Shown: piece after piece, positions 32,129-40,866 of the stretch | How the letters are laid out: each line of letters opens with the position of its first letter | Position numbering within the stretch: the stretch's first letter is position 1 | DNA from: an uncultured Actinomycetota bacterium | GTDB lineage: Bacteria > Actinomycetota > Actinomycetes > JAFAQI01 | Reading direction: 5' to 3' | Assembly: GCA_963770565.1 (NCBI GenBank) | Contig: CAVYQE010000001.1 | Span: 544,001-608,000 of the forward strand | DNA length: 64,000 nt | The notes under the pieces: model-generated | Seen by the model: the letters and a program-made list of their open reading frames with translations, nothing else | Databases searched by the model: none | What the model was told of the DNA's origin: nothing | Program-made: the position numbers and the translations under genes

Positions 32129-32193
32129 CTGTTGATCATGGCGAAACGAGCGTTTTTCGTCGCGGAAATGGCGCTTTTCGCCATGATCAACAG
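32129..32193. repeat. Palindromic REP-like element with 18-bp perfect arms
   Basis: CTGTTGATCATGGCGAAA ... TTTCGCCATGATCAACAG. Confidence 0.9.
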
Positions 32194-32204
32194 GTGGTGG
32201 GGGG

Positions 32205-33371
32205 CTATTTGTCGAGGTCGCCGATCACGAAGAACAGGCTGGTGAGGATCGGCACCAGGTCGCCGACGTGGGCGCCGGCAAGCAGCTCGGGCAGCACCTG
32301 GACGTTGTTGAACGATGCGCTGCGCAGCTTCAGTCGCCACGGCGTCCGTTCACCGCGCGAGACCAGGTAGTAGCCGTTGATCCCCAACGGGTTCTCGGTC
32401 CAGGCGTAGGTGGCGCCCTCGGGGGCCTTGACGACCTTCGGCAGCCGCAGGTTGATCGGACCGGGCGGCAGTTGCTCGAGGACCGCCGTGCAGTGCTCGG
32501 CGATGTCCAGGCTGATCGCGACCTGTTCGAGCAGGCACTCGAGCCGGGCCAGCACGTCCCCCTCCACCCTGACCGGGATCCGGAGCACGCCGGGCGGTAG
32601 GTCGGCGTACGCCAGGTAGGGGTCGTCGCGCCGCAGGTCGAGATCGAGCCCGCTGGCTCGCGCGATCGGGCCTGAGACGCCGAATCCCTCCGCGACGGAT
32701 CGATCGAGCCGGCCGAGGCCCCGGGCGCGCGCCCGCACCGTCTCATCGCCGCGCACCACGGGCTCGAGGTCGCGCTGAACCCCGGCACGTACCTCGGCGA
32801 CCGCCGATCCGACCCGTTCCAGCCAACCCGCAGGCAGATCCTGCTTCAGGCCGCCGACCTGGTTGAACATGTAGTGCATCCGGCCGCCGCAGAACTCCTC
32901 CATCACGGTCTGGATCACCTCGCGCCCGGCGAAGGCGCTCGCGATCGGCGAGACCGCGGCTGAGTCGTACGGGTAACACCCGAGGAACATCAGGTGGCTC
33001 AGCACCCGGTTGAGCTCCGCGAGCAGCGTCCTGGTCCAGGTCGCCCGAACCGGGACCTCCATGCCGAGCATCCGCTCGACCGCGAGCACGATGCCCAGTT
33101 CGTTGCTGAACGCCGACAGCCAGTCGTGCCGGTTGGCCAGCACGAGGATCTGGCGGTAGTCGCGGGCTTCGAACAGCTTCTCGGCGCCGCGATGCATGTA
33201 GCCGACGATCGGGGTGGCCCGCGCGATGGTCTCGCCGTCGAGGACGAGGGCGAGCCGGAGGATTCCGTGCGCGGCCGGATGTTGCGGCGCGATGTTGAGT
33301 ACGACGTCGGACTCGGCGAACTCACCGGTCGAGACGGTGACCTCTCGGCTGCCGGCCCGCGCGCTGCTCAC
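32205..33371 (-). CDS. nuoD: Stand-alone NADH:quinone oxidoreductase subunit D (49-kDa) paralogue
   Basis: [35 protein letters not shown] and IGDLDK; no Ni-binding CxxC; no other nuo genes in the window. Confidence 0.88.
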   Translation of the reverse strand: MSSARAGSREVTVSTGEFAESDVVLNIAPQHPAAHGILRLALVLDGETIARATPIVGYMHRGAEKLFEARDYRQILVLANRHDWLSAFSNELGIVLAVERMLGMEVPVRATWTRTLLAELNRVLSHLMFLGCYPYDSAAVSPIASAFAGREVIQTVMEEFCGGRMHYMFNQVGGLKQDLPAGWLERVGSAVAEVRAGVQRDLEPVVRGDETVRARARGLGRLDRSVAEGFGVSGPIARASGLDLDLRRDDPYLAYADLPPGVLRIPVRVEGDVLARLECLLEQVAISLDIAEHCTAVLEQLPPGPINLRLPKVVKAPEGATYAWTENPLGINGYYLVSRGERTPWRLKLRSASFNNVQVLPELLAGAHVGDLVPILTSLFFVIGDLDK

Positions 33372-33398
33372 GCGGGCGATCCTTGCAAACCCGCGCGA

Positions 33399-34169
33399 TC
33401 AGTCGCGCCGCGGTGTCCATCGGAAGTGCCGGACCGCGAACACCGTGCCCACCACTCCCCAGATCAGCAGCGATCCCAGCTGGTGCGGCGACCACGCGCT
33501 GCCGGTCGTTCGCGGGTCGAAGGCCTTGAACATCGCGACGATGAACGGCCGCAGCGGAAGCCAAGCGGCGACCTTGGCCAAGCCGCCGTTGATCGGGAAG
33601 TACGTACCCGAGATGAAGACCAGCACGAAGTAGGGCAGGTTCACGATCGCCGGACCGGCGTCCATGTTCGGGATGAGCGACGACGCGGCAATGCCCAACG
33701 CGCAGAACACGAGAGCCGCGAGCGCGATGGTGACGATCAGCGGCAGGATGTGCGACGCCGGCAGCGACACGCCGTACACGAGGATCGCGAACACGATGCA
33801 CGCCAACGAAAGCAGCGTCGCGACGACAACCGCGTTGCCGATGATGCCCCCGATGAACGCCCACGATGGCAGCGGGGTGCCGCGCATCCGCTTGAGAATG
33901 CCGAACTCGCGCTGGCGCACCAAGGTCAGCGAGATGCTCAGGAAGCACGCACTCATCACACCGTAGGCAAGGACGCTCGGCGTGTAGTACTGCGCGAGCT
34001 TGACGCCCGGAAGAACGCTTTGGTCGTGCCCACCGCCGGCCAACCCGACCAGGATGAAGAAGAACACCAGCGGGAAGGCGAAGGTGAAGAACGCCGCACC
34101 CGGGTTACGCCAGTAGCTCTTCTGCTCGTACCGGATCTGCGTTGCCACGAGGGCGATGTCGCTGCTCAT
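33399..34169 (-). CDS. ABC-2 type exporter permease
   Basis: WRNPGAAFFTFAFP and REFGILKRMRGTP; about 6 TMs; ATG overlaps the ATPase stop. Confidence 0.88.
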   Translation of the reverse strand: MSSDIALVATQIRYEQKSYWRNPGAAFFTFAFPLVFFFILVGLAGGGHDQSVLPGVKLAQYYTPSVLAYGVMSACFLSISLTLVRQREFGILKRMRGTPLPSWAFIGGIIGNAVVVATLLSLACIVFAILVYGVSLPASHILPLIVTIALAALVFCALGIAASSLIPNMDAGPAIVNLPYFVLVFISGTYFPINGGLAKVAAWLPLRPFIVAMFKAFDPRTTGSAWSPHQLGSLLIWGVVGTVFAVRHFRWTPRRD

Positions 34170-35104
34170 CGATGTGCTCCAGTGGTCTGCGGGTCGCTCG
34201 GCTCGGTCAGCAGTTCGTGACCGACGAGCGAGAGGTAGATGTCCTCGAGGCTCGGGCGGGTCGACACCAGGCCCTCGAGCGGTACGCCGTTGTCGATGGA
34301 CCATCCGGTCAGCTCGTGGAGGACCCGGATGTCGTCGTCGCTGGTCAGCGTGCAGAAGCCGTGCACGTCGAGGGTGGTGGCGACCGGCAGCAGGGCCGGG
34401 TCGACTCCGTCGGGAAGGCGGAACCTGATGTGCGCGGCGGCGGTGTCGCGGCCACCGAGTGCGTCGGGCGTGCCCTCGGCGACGACCTGGCCGCTACCGA
34501 TCACCACGATGTTGTCGGCGAGCTCTTGCGCTTCGTCCATGTAGTGCGTGGTCAGCATGATCGTCGTACCGAGGGTGCGCAGATCCCTGACCATGTCCCA
34601 CGCACCGCGGCGGGCGGAGGGATCGAAGCCGGTGGTGGGCTCATCGAGGAAGAGCAGCCGCGGGTTGCCGATGATCCCGTACGCCACGTCGAGGCGGCGC
34701 TGCTGTCCGCCGGAGAGCTTGTTGACCCGCGAGTCCGCCTTCTCGCCCAGGCCGACCAACTCGATCACCTCGTCGACCGGGCGGGGTCGCGGGTAGAAGC
34801 CGGCGGTCCGCGAGAGCGTCTCGCGCACGGTGAGATATGGGTCGACGGCGGTGCCTTGCAACACGATGCCGATCCCTTCGCGCCACGACCGATCGCCGTG
34901 CTGCGGGTCGTTGCCGAGCACCTCGACGCGTCCTGAGTCGCGCTTGAGATAGCCCTCGAGCACCTCGAGCGTGGTGGTCTTACCGGCACCGTTCGGGCCG
35001 AGCAGGGCGACACATGCGCCTTCGTCGACTGCGAAGCTCACTCCGCGTACGGCGAGGGTTGTGCCGTAGCTCTTGTGCAAATCGTCGACGACGATTGCAG
35101 TCAT
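34166..35104 (-). CDS. ABC exporter ATP-binding protein
   Basis: GPNGAGKTT, LSGGQQRR, FLDEPTTG and TTHYMDEA. Confidence 0.93.
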   Translation of the reverse strand: MTAIVVDDLHKSYGTTLAVRGVSFAVDEGACVALLGPNGAGKTTTLEVLEGYLKRDSGRVEVLGNDPQHGDRSWREGIGIVLQGTAVDPYLTVRETLSRTAGFYPRPRPVDEVIELVGLGEKADSRVNKLSGGQQRRLDVAYGIIGNPRLLFLDEPTTGFDPSARRGAWDMVRDLRTLGTTIMLTTHYMDEAQELADNIVVIGSGQVVAEGTPDALGGRDTAAAHIRFRLPDGVDPALLPVATTLDVHGFCTLTSDDDIRVLHELTGWSIDNGVPLEGLVSTRPSLEDIYLSLVGHELLTEPSDPQTTGAHR

Positions 35105-35179
35105 CTCATCGGCCTTTCGTCGACTTCGGGTCCGGTTGCGTTCCCGACGTTACGTGCCCACGGAGAGCCCGGTCGTCAC

Positions 35180-35201
35180 ATCACGGGTGGATCACGGGTG
35201 G
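35180..35201. promoter_or_regulatory. 11-bp direct repeat, candidate response-regulator operator
   Basis: ATCACGGGTGG x2 in the divergent gap between the ABC exporter and the two-component genes. Confidence 0.5.
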
Positions 35202-35260
35202 AGAGTGGTCTCAACCCGTAGACCGATTCGCTGGCGCCGTCCGGCGTCTACCTTCGTGGT

Positions 35261-36466
35261 GTGACCGACCAGTGTCGAAGCGCCGCCCCCACCGTGCGTG
35301 GGATGGGCGACTTCCTCCCGCCGTGGATGCGGGTCGGTTTACGGCAGGCCGTCACGCTGATCACCTTGGCGCAGACCCTGGCTGCCTTCGGCCGGCTCTC
35401 GACCCAGCAGCGGGTGCTCGCGATCGGGCTGGAAGTGGTGCTCGCCGCGTGCTGGGGAATGATCGCGCACCGGCGCCGCGGCGACTGGCTGAACATCCTC
35501 GCGCTGATCGCTCTGGTCGGGCTCGGCGGTTGGTTGCATGTCATCACCGGCAACGGACAGGTCTTCGTCGTCAGCTACGCCGTGCTGTTCGTTGCGCCGG
35601 TCTGGTATCCGATGCCGCGCGCGTTGCTGCCGGCCGGCTGCGGTGTGGTGGCGGTGACGCTGTCCACGATGTTCGTCGGCACTCGCGACATCGCTGGAGG
35701 GATCGGCAACGGCGTGGGTGCGGCGTTCTTTGGCCTGGCCGCATTGTTCTTCGGGCAGGTGCGCGACTCGGCCGAGCGCAATGCGCAGCTCGTCGACGAG
35801 CTCAGGCAGAGCCGTGACGCACAGGAGCGCAGCGCGGTGGTGGCGGAGCGCGCGCGCCTGGCGCGCGAACTGCACGATGTGCTCGCGCACACGTTGTCGA
35901 GCCTCTCGTTGCATCTCGAATCGACCCGCGCGCTTGCTGCATCGCGCGACGTGGATCCGGAGGTGCGCAGCCGGATCGAGCGCGCGGTCGCACTTGCGCG
36001 GAGCGGTCTCGAGGAGGCCCGCGATGCGGTGGGCACGTTGCGCGATGACGCGCTTCCCGGGCCGGAACGGATCCCGCTGCTGGTCGGCGAATTCGAGCGG
36101 GCCACATCGGTCGCTTCCAGCTTCGAACAGGTCGGAGAGCCGGCCGCGCTTGCCCCGGACGCGAGCGTTGCGTTGTTCCGCGGCGCGCAGGAGGCGCTGA
36201 CGAACGTCGGCAAGCATGCAGCGGCAACCCGGGTCGACGTCCGGCTCGAGTGGGGTGAGTCGCTGGTCACCCTGCGGGTGATCGACGAAGGCGGCAGCGA
36301 TGCCGGGGTGGCGCTGCCCGGCGGCGGCAACGGGCTACGCGGCATGCGGGAGCGGGCGGAGCTCGCCGGCGGGCAGATGGATGCCGGCCCGACCTCCCGC
36401 GGCTTCGCGGTCGAGCTCCGGCTGCCGGTCGTGCGAGCCGCCTCGGTGCACGAGGTGCCGGCGTGA
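35261..36466 (+). CDS. Membrane sensor histidine kinase (HisKA_3, NarX/DesK-like)
   Basis: ERARLARELHDVLAH, QEALTNVGKHA and GNGLRGMRER; start uncertain (35261-35326). Confidence 0.92.
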   Translation: MTDQCRSAAPTVRGMGDFLPPWMRVGLRQAVTLITLAQTLAAFGRLSTQQRVLAIGLEVVLAACWGMIAHRRRGDWLNILALIALVGLGGWLHVITGNGQVFVVSYAVLFVAPVWYPMPRALLPAGCGVVAVTLSTMFVGTRDIAGGIGNGVGAAFFGLAALFFGQVRDSAERNAQLVDELRQSRDAQERSAVVAERARLARELHDVLAHTLSSLSLHLESTRALAASRDVDPEVRSRIERAVALARSGLEEARDAVGTLRDDALPGPERIPLLVGEFERATSVASSFEQVGEPAALAPDASVALFRGAQEALTNVGKHAAATRVDVRLEWGESLVTLRVIDEGGSDAGVALPGGGNGLRGMRERAELAGGQMDAGPTSRGFAVELRLPVVRAASVHEVPA

Positions 36467-37137
36467 GCGAGTACGTCGATGGGGTGATCCGGGTCGTGAT
36501 CGCCGACGACCAGACGCTGGTCCGCGAAGGGCTCGCGCTGATGCTCGGGCTGGTCGACGGCATCGAAGTGGTGGGCATCGGTGTGGACGGCGAGCAGGCG
36601 GTCTCGCTGGTCGCGGCGAGCTCGCCCCACGTCGCGCTGCTCGATCTGCGGATGCCGCGCGTCGACGGCGTGGAGGCCACCCGCCGGATCCGCGCGGACT
36701 GTCCCGGCGTCGAGGTGGTCGTCCTCACGACGTACGCCGACGACGAGTCGGTGATGGCGGCGCTTCGCGCCGGCGCCCGCGGGTACCTCACGAAGGACGC
36801 GAGCTCGGAGGAGATCGAACGCGCCATCCGCGATGCGACGCAGGGCCGCACCCGGCTCGACCACGCGGTCCAGGAGCGCCTGGTCGAGCTGGTGACATCG
36901 GGACCGACCACAGCGCAGGCCGACGCGATTCCACCCGGCGGCTCGCTCACCGAGCGCGAGACCGAGGTGCTGCAGTTGATGGCGGAGGGCCTTAACAACC
37001 GCCAGATCGCGGCTCGGTTGTTCGTGACCGAGGCGACCGTGAAGACCCACGTGAACAACGTGTTCGGCAAGCTCGACGTGAACGACCGAGCCGCCGCCGT
37101 TGCCTGGGCCTTTCGCGCCGGCGTGGCCTCGCTGTAG
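36463..37137 (+). CDS. NarL/LuxR-family response regulator
   Basis: VIADDQ, LLDLRMP, GYLTKD and LTERETEVL...TVKTHVNN. Confidence 0.94.
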   Translation: MSEYVDGVIRVVIADDQTLVREGLALMLGLVDGIEVVGIGVDGEQAVSLVAASSPHVALLDLRMPRVDGVEATRRIRADCPGVEVVVLTTYADDESVMAALRAGARGYLTKDASSEEIERAIRDATQGRTRLDHAVQERLVELVTSGPTTAQADAIPPGGSLTERETEVLQLMAEGLNNRQIAARLFVTEATVKTHVNNVFGKLDVNDRAAAVAWAFRAGVASL

Positions 37138-37207
37138 CCAGCGCGGGCGTGGCGGCCGATTCGCTGTCGAAGAGCGCAGCGAGGTGGCCATGATCTTGCT
37201 CGCGACC

Positions 37208-38152
37208 TCACAGCGGCGGCTCGATGCCGACGCAGTGGACGAGCCAGGTGAAGTCGCCCAGGCCGCTCGGGTCGAGCAGCTCAGCGGCTTGGCCGGCGGC
37301 CGCCAGCCCGTCCAGGTAGCCGGCCGGGTCGCCGTCGTACCTCGGCTGCCGGCCGAGGACTCCGAGCGACTGCAGGGCGGCTCGCTGGCTCAGCACGACG
37401 TCACCGTCCGCGCGCAGCGACTCGAACAGCACGTGGGCGGTGAGGTCGCGCCGGCCGTCGGGGATCGCCGCCACCTGGCGGCCGTCGCGGTAGCCGGCCA
37501 GCGTGCCGCCGGTGTCCCGCGACGGGTTGGCCGCGTAGTCGATGCCGACCGCCGCGCCACGGGTCAGCCTGGACGTCAGCGCGTGCCACAGGTCGTCCCG
37601 CGGCCAGCCGATCTCGGCGCGATCGCCGAGCTCGGGGGTCGGCCACCACGCCCCCAGCCATTGTGCGTCCCGCCCGGCCACCAGCTCACCGGCCTGCTCC
37701 TGCCCCGCCGGTGAGACCGTCACCAAACGGACGCCATCCGGGTCGCGGACCGCGACATCGACCGGTACGACGTCGAGGAGCTCGACGGCAACGATCAACC
37801 CGACGACTGCGTCGGGCGGTTCGGGCTGCCACTCGACGCGTTCGGACAGGTCAGGCGGTCGCGGGGCGGGATCGACGCCGACCAGCGACCAGCTCGGCGG
37901 GGCCAGCTCGGCGAGTCCGGTCAGCAACTCGCCGCCACCCGCGCCGACGTCAACCACGCTGAACGCCGCGGTGGAGCCGAGCGCGTCCGCCACCCGGACG
38001 GCGAGCCGGTGGATGGCGGCGGCCCACGGCGCAGCCTGGCCGGCGGTCCGGAAGTGCCGGCCCGGCGCGCCGGCGGTCAGGTAGAAGCCGCCCTCGCCGT
38101 AGAGGGCCTCCGACATCGCAGTGCGCCAGGTCCGCGGGCGGGGGTCGGCCAC
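37208..38152 (-). CDS. SAM-dependent methyltransferase, MidA/NDUFAF7 family
   Basis: MSEALYGEGGFY, HFRTA, VDVGAGGGEL, ELLDVVP, IDY, DLTAHV and LLDPSGLGDF. Confidence 0.82.
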   Translation of the reverse strand: MADPRPRTWRTAMSEALYGEGGFYLTAGAPGRHFRTAGQAAPWAAAIHRLAVRVADALGSTAAFSVVDVGAGGGELLTGLAELAPPSWSLVGVDPAPRPPDLSERVEWQPEPPDAVVGLIVAVELLDVVPVDVAVRDPDGVRLVTVSPAGQEQAGELVAGRDAQWLGAWWPTPELGDRAEIGWPRDDLWHALTSRLTRGAAVGIDYAANPSRDTGGTLAGYRDGRQVAAIPDGRRDLTAHVLFESLRADGDVVLSQRAALQSLGVLGRQPRYDGDPAGYLDGLAAAGQAAELLDPSGLGDFTWLVHCVGIEPPL

Positions 38153-38220
38153 GATCGAGACGGTACGACGTACCCTCGTGCCGTCCGGTACCCCGCCTGT
38201 CACGAGGACTGGAACGACGA

Positions 38221-39123
38221 ATGAGCGTGCTACCTCCGGCCGAGCGGCCGGCCCGGCTTGCGGTCGGCGTGATCGGTGCCGGCCGGGTTGGCGCCGTGCT
38301 CGGGGCCGCGCTGGTCAGGGCCGGCCACCGGGTGGCCGCGGTTGCGGCCGTCTCCGAGCCGAGTCGGGCCCGCGCGGCGCTGCTGTTGCCAGGCGCGCCG
38401 ATCAAGCCGGTCGACGAGGTGGCGGCAGCGGCCGAGCTACTGGTGCTGGCCGTGCCCGACGATGCCCTCGCCGGTCTGGTCACCGGGCTGGCGAACGCGG
38501 CCGCGGTCGGCGCCGGGACGCTCGTCGCCCACACCAGCGGCGCGCACGGGATCGAGGTGCTCGAGCCGCTGACGGTGCGAGGCGCCTTGCCGCTGGCGCT
38601 GCATCCGGTCATGACCTTCACCGGTACCGAGGTCGACCTCCAGCGCCTCGATGGCGCCTGCTTCGGGGTCACCACGACCGAGCGGCTGCGTCCGGTCGCC
38701 GAGGCGCTTGTGATCGAGATGGGCTCGGAGCCGGTGTGGATCGCCGAGGAGCTGCGGACCACGTATCACGCCGGGCTCGCCTTCGGCGCGAACAACCTCG
38801 TGACCCTGGTCGCCGAAGCGGCGGACGTGTTGTCCCGAGCGGGCGTCGAACACCCCCAACGGATGCTTGGACCGCTGCTCGGGGCGGCGCTCGACAATGC
38901 GCTTCGCCGCGGCGATCGGGCGTTGACCGGACCGGTTGCGCGCGGCGACGCCGGGACGGTTGCGGCCCATCTCGCCGCGATCAGGTCGATGGCGCCCGAG
39001 GCCATCGCGGCGTACGTCGAGATGTCGCGGCTGACCGCGCTACGCGCGCTGGCGGCCGGAACCTTGAGCGCCGAGGACGCGAGCGCGTTGCTGGACGTGC
39101 TCGCCGCGCCGGAGCCGACGTGA
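38221..39123 (+). CDS. Rossmann-like + DUF2520 oxidoreductase (PanG-like ketopantoate reductase candidate)
   Basis: IGAGRVG, AVPDD, HTSG, HPVMTF, YHA and LTGPVARGD; upstream of panC. Confidence 0.85.
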   Translation: MSVLPPAERPARLAVGVIGAGRVGAVLGAALVRAGHRVAAVAAVSEPSRARAALLLPGAPIKPVDEVAAAAELLVLAVPDDALAGLVTGLANAAAVGAGTLVAHTSGAHGIEVLEPLTVRGALPLALHPVMTFTGTEVDLQRLDGACFGVTTTERLRPVAEALVIEMGSEPVWIAEELRTTYHAGLAFGANNLVTLVAEAADVLSRAGVEHPQRMLGPLLGAALDNALRRGDRALTGPVARGDAGTVAAHLAAIRSMAPEAIAAYVEMSRLTALRALAAGTLSAEDASALLDVLAAPEPT

Positions 39124-39977
39124 GTGCGCTGCTCGTGGTCACGACCCGCGCCGAGCTTGCGGCGGCGCGCGAGGCGATGGCCGGGCGGGTCGCGGTCGTG
39201 ATGACGATGGGCGCGATCCATGCGGGTCATCGCCGTTTGATGCAGGTCGCTCGTGCGCAGGCCGACAGTGTGCTCGTCACGATCTTCGTGAACCCGCTCC
39301 AGTTCGGCGCAGGCGAGGACTTCCAGCGCTATCCCCGCGACCTCGAAGCCGACTTGGCCTCCTGCGCGGAGGAGGGGGTCGACGTCGCCTTCACCCCCGA
39401 CGAGACGGTGATGTATCCGCCCGGCGCGGGGCTGGTCCATCGTGAGGCGGGTCCGCTCGGCGCACAGTTCGAAGGGACGATCCGGCCGGGGCACTTCGAC
39501 GGTGTCCTTACCGCCGTGGCGGAGTTGCTGACGCTGACGAAACCGGACCTTGCCGTCTTCGGCGAGAAGGACGCACAACAGCTCGAGCTGATCAGGCGGC
39601 TCGTCGCCGAGCTCGACGAGCCGGTCGAGATCCAGTCGGTCGAGACGGTTCGTGAGCCCGACGGCCTGGCCTTGTCGAGCCGCAACCAATACCTCAACGG
39701 CGACGAACGTGAGGCCGCCCGGTCCCTGTCGCAGGCGCTTCGTGCCGGCGCCGCCAATGCCGGTGGCGGAGTGGCGGCTGCGCTTTCCGCGGCGCGGGCC
39801 GTGCTCGACGCGCAGCCGTTGATCGATGTCGACTACCTCGCGGCGGTCGACGACCGGACCTGGCACGAACCCGATGCCACCACCGAACGGCTGCGACTTC
39901 TCGTGGCGGGCCGGATCGGGAGCACCCGCTTGATCGACAATGTGGTGGTCGACCGATCCGCCGCCGGAGGAGCCTGA
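39120..39977 (+). CDS. panC: Pantoate--beta-alanine ligase
   Basis: TMGAIHAGH, IFVNPLQF, RPGHFDGV, FGEKDAQQ, GLALSSRN and TRLIDN. Confidence 0.96.
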   Translation: MSALLVVTTRAELAAAREAMAGRVAVVMTMGAIHAGHRRLMQVARAQADSVLVTIFVNPLQFGAGEDFQRYPRDLEADLASCAEEGVDVAFTPDETVMYPPGAGLVHREAGPLGAQFEGTIRPGHFDGVLTAVAELLTLTKPDLAVFGEKDAQQLELIRRLVAELDEPVEIQSVETVREPDGLALSSRNQYLNGDEREAARSLSQALRAGAANAGGGVAAALSAARAVLDAQPLIDVDYLAAVDDRTWHEPDATTERLRLLVAGRIGSTRLIDNVVVDRSAAGGA

Positions 39978-39980
39978 GCC

Positions 39981-40739
39981 ATGCTTCTGACCATCGATGT
40001 CGGCAACACCAACACCGTCATCGGGCACTTCGACGGCGATCGCCTCGTCGAGTCGTGGCGGATCAAGACCGACACTCGCGCCACCGCCGACGAGCTGGCC
40101 CTGTTGTTGCGGGGCTTGCTCGTCGACAGCGAGAAGCCCGACGGGATCGCGGCCTGCTCGACCGTGCCGGCCGTGTTGCACGAGCTTCGTGGCGTCTTCT
40201 CGCGTTACTACTCGACGGTGCCGGCGGTGATCGTCGAGCCCGGGGTGAAGACCGGCGTACCGCTGTTGTACGACAACCCGCGCGAGGTCGGCGCCGATCG
40301 GATCGTGAACACCCTGGCTGCCTACCACCTGTTCGGCGGGCCGGCGATCGTCGTGGACTTCGGGACCTCGACCAACTTCGACGTAGTCAGCGACAAGGGC
40401 GAGTTTCTCGGGGGCGCGATTGCTCCCGGGATCGAGCTGTCGATCGACGCCCTCGCGGCCCGCGGCGCCCGGCTCTTCAAGGTCGAGCTGGCCCGGCCGC
40501 GGTCGGTCATCGGCAAGAGCACGGTCGAAGCGCTGCAGTCCGGGCTGATCTACGGTTTCGCCGGTCAGATCGATGGCCTGGTTCGCCGGATCAGCGAGGA
40601 GCTCGCCGCCGACCCGGTCGTGGTGGCGACCGGTGGTCTTGCCGCGCTGGTGATCGACGAGTGCGAGACCGTGACCGAGTACGAGCCCGACCTCACCCTG
40701 ATCGGCCTGCGCCTGGTCTTCGACCGGAACCAGACCTGA
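39981..40739 (+). CDS. coaX: Type III pantothenate kinase
   Basis: [19 protein letters not shown] and ATGG. Confidence 0.96.
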   Translation: MLLTIDVGNTNTVIGHFDGDRLVESWRIKTDTRATADELALLLRGLLVDSEKPDGIAACSTVPAVLHELRGVFSRYYSTVPAVIVEPGVKTGVPLLYDNPREVGADRIVNTLAAYHLFGGPAIVVDFGTSTNFDVVSDKGEFLGGAIAPGIELSIDALAARGARLFKVELARPRSVIGKSTVEALQSGLIYGFAGQIDGLVRRISEELAADPVVVATGGLAALVIDECETVTEYEPDLTLIGLRLVFDRNQT

Positions 40740-40771
40740 CCCCCGCGACGCACCTCCCCGCGTTCCAAGCC

Positions 40772-40842
40772 ATGTCGCATTGCCCCGCACTTCGTGGGGG
40801 CAATGCGACAGCACCCCCCGGAAACGCGTTGCAATGTGACAT
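40772..40842. repeat. Hairpin with a duplicated 3' arm (31-bp period) between coaX and lysS
   Basis: TGTCGCATTGCCCC (40773) / GGGGCAATGCGACA (40797-40810); second arm GCAATGTGACAT at 40831-40842. Confidence 0.75.
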
Positions 40843-40866
40843 CGCTTAGTCGGTAGCCTGCGGCAC

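Noticed and set aside
32205-33371. NiFe-hydrogenase large subunit
   Set aside because: Lacks both CxxC nickel-binding motifs; no maturation genes.
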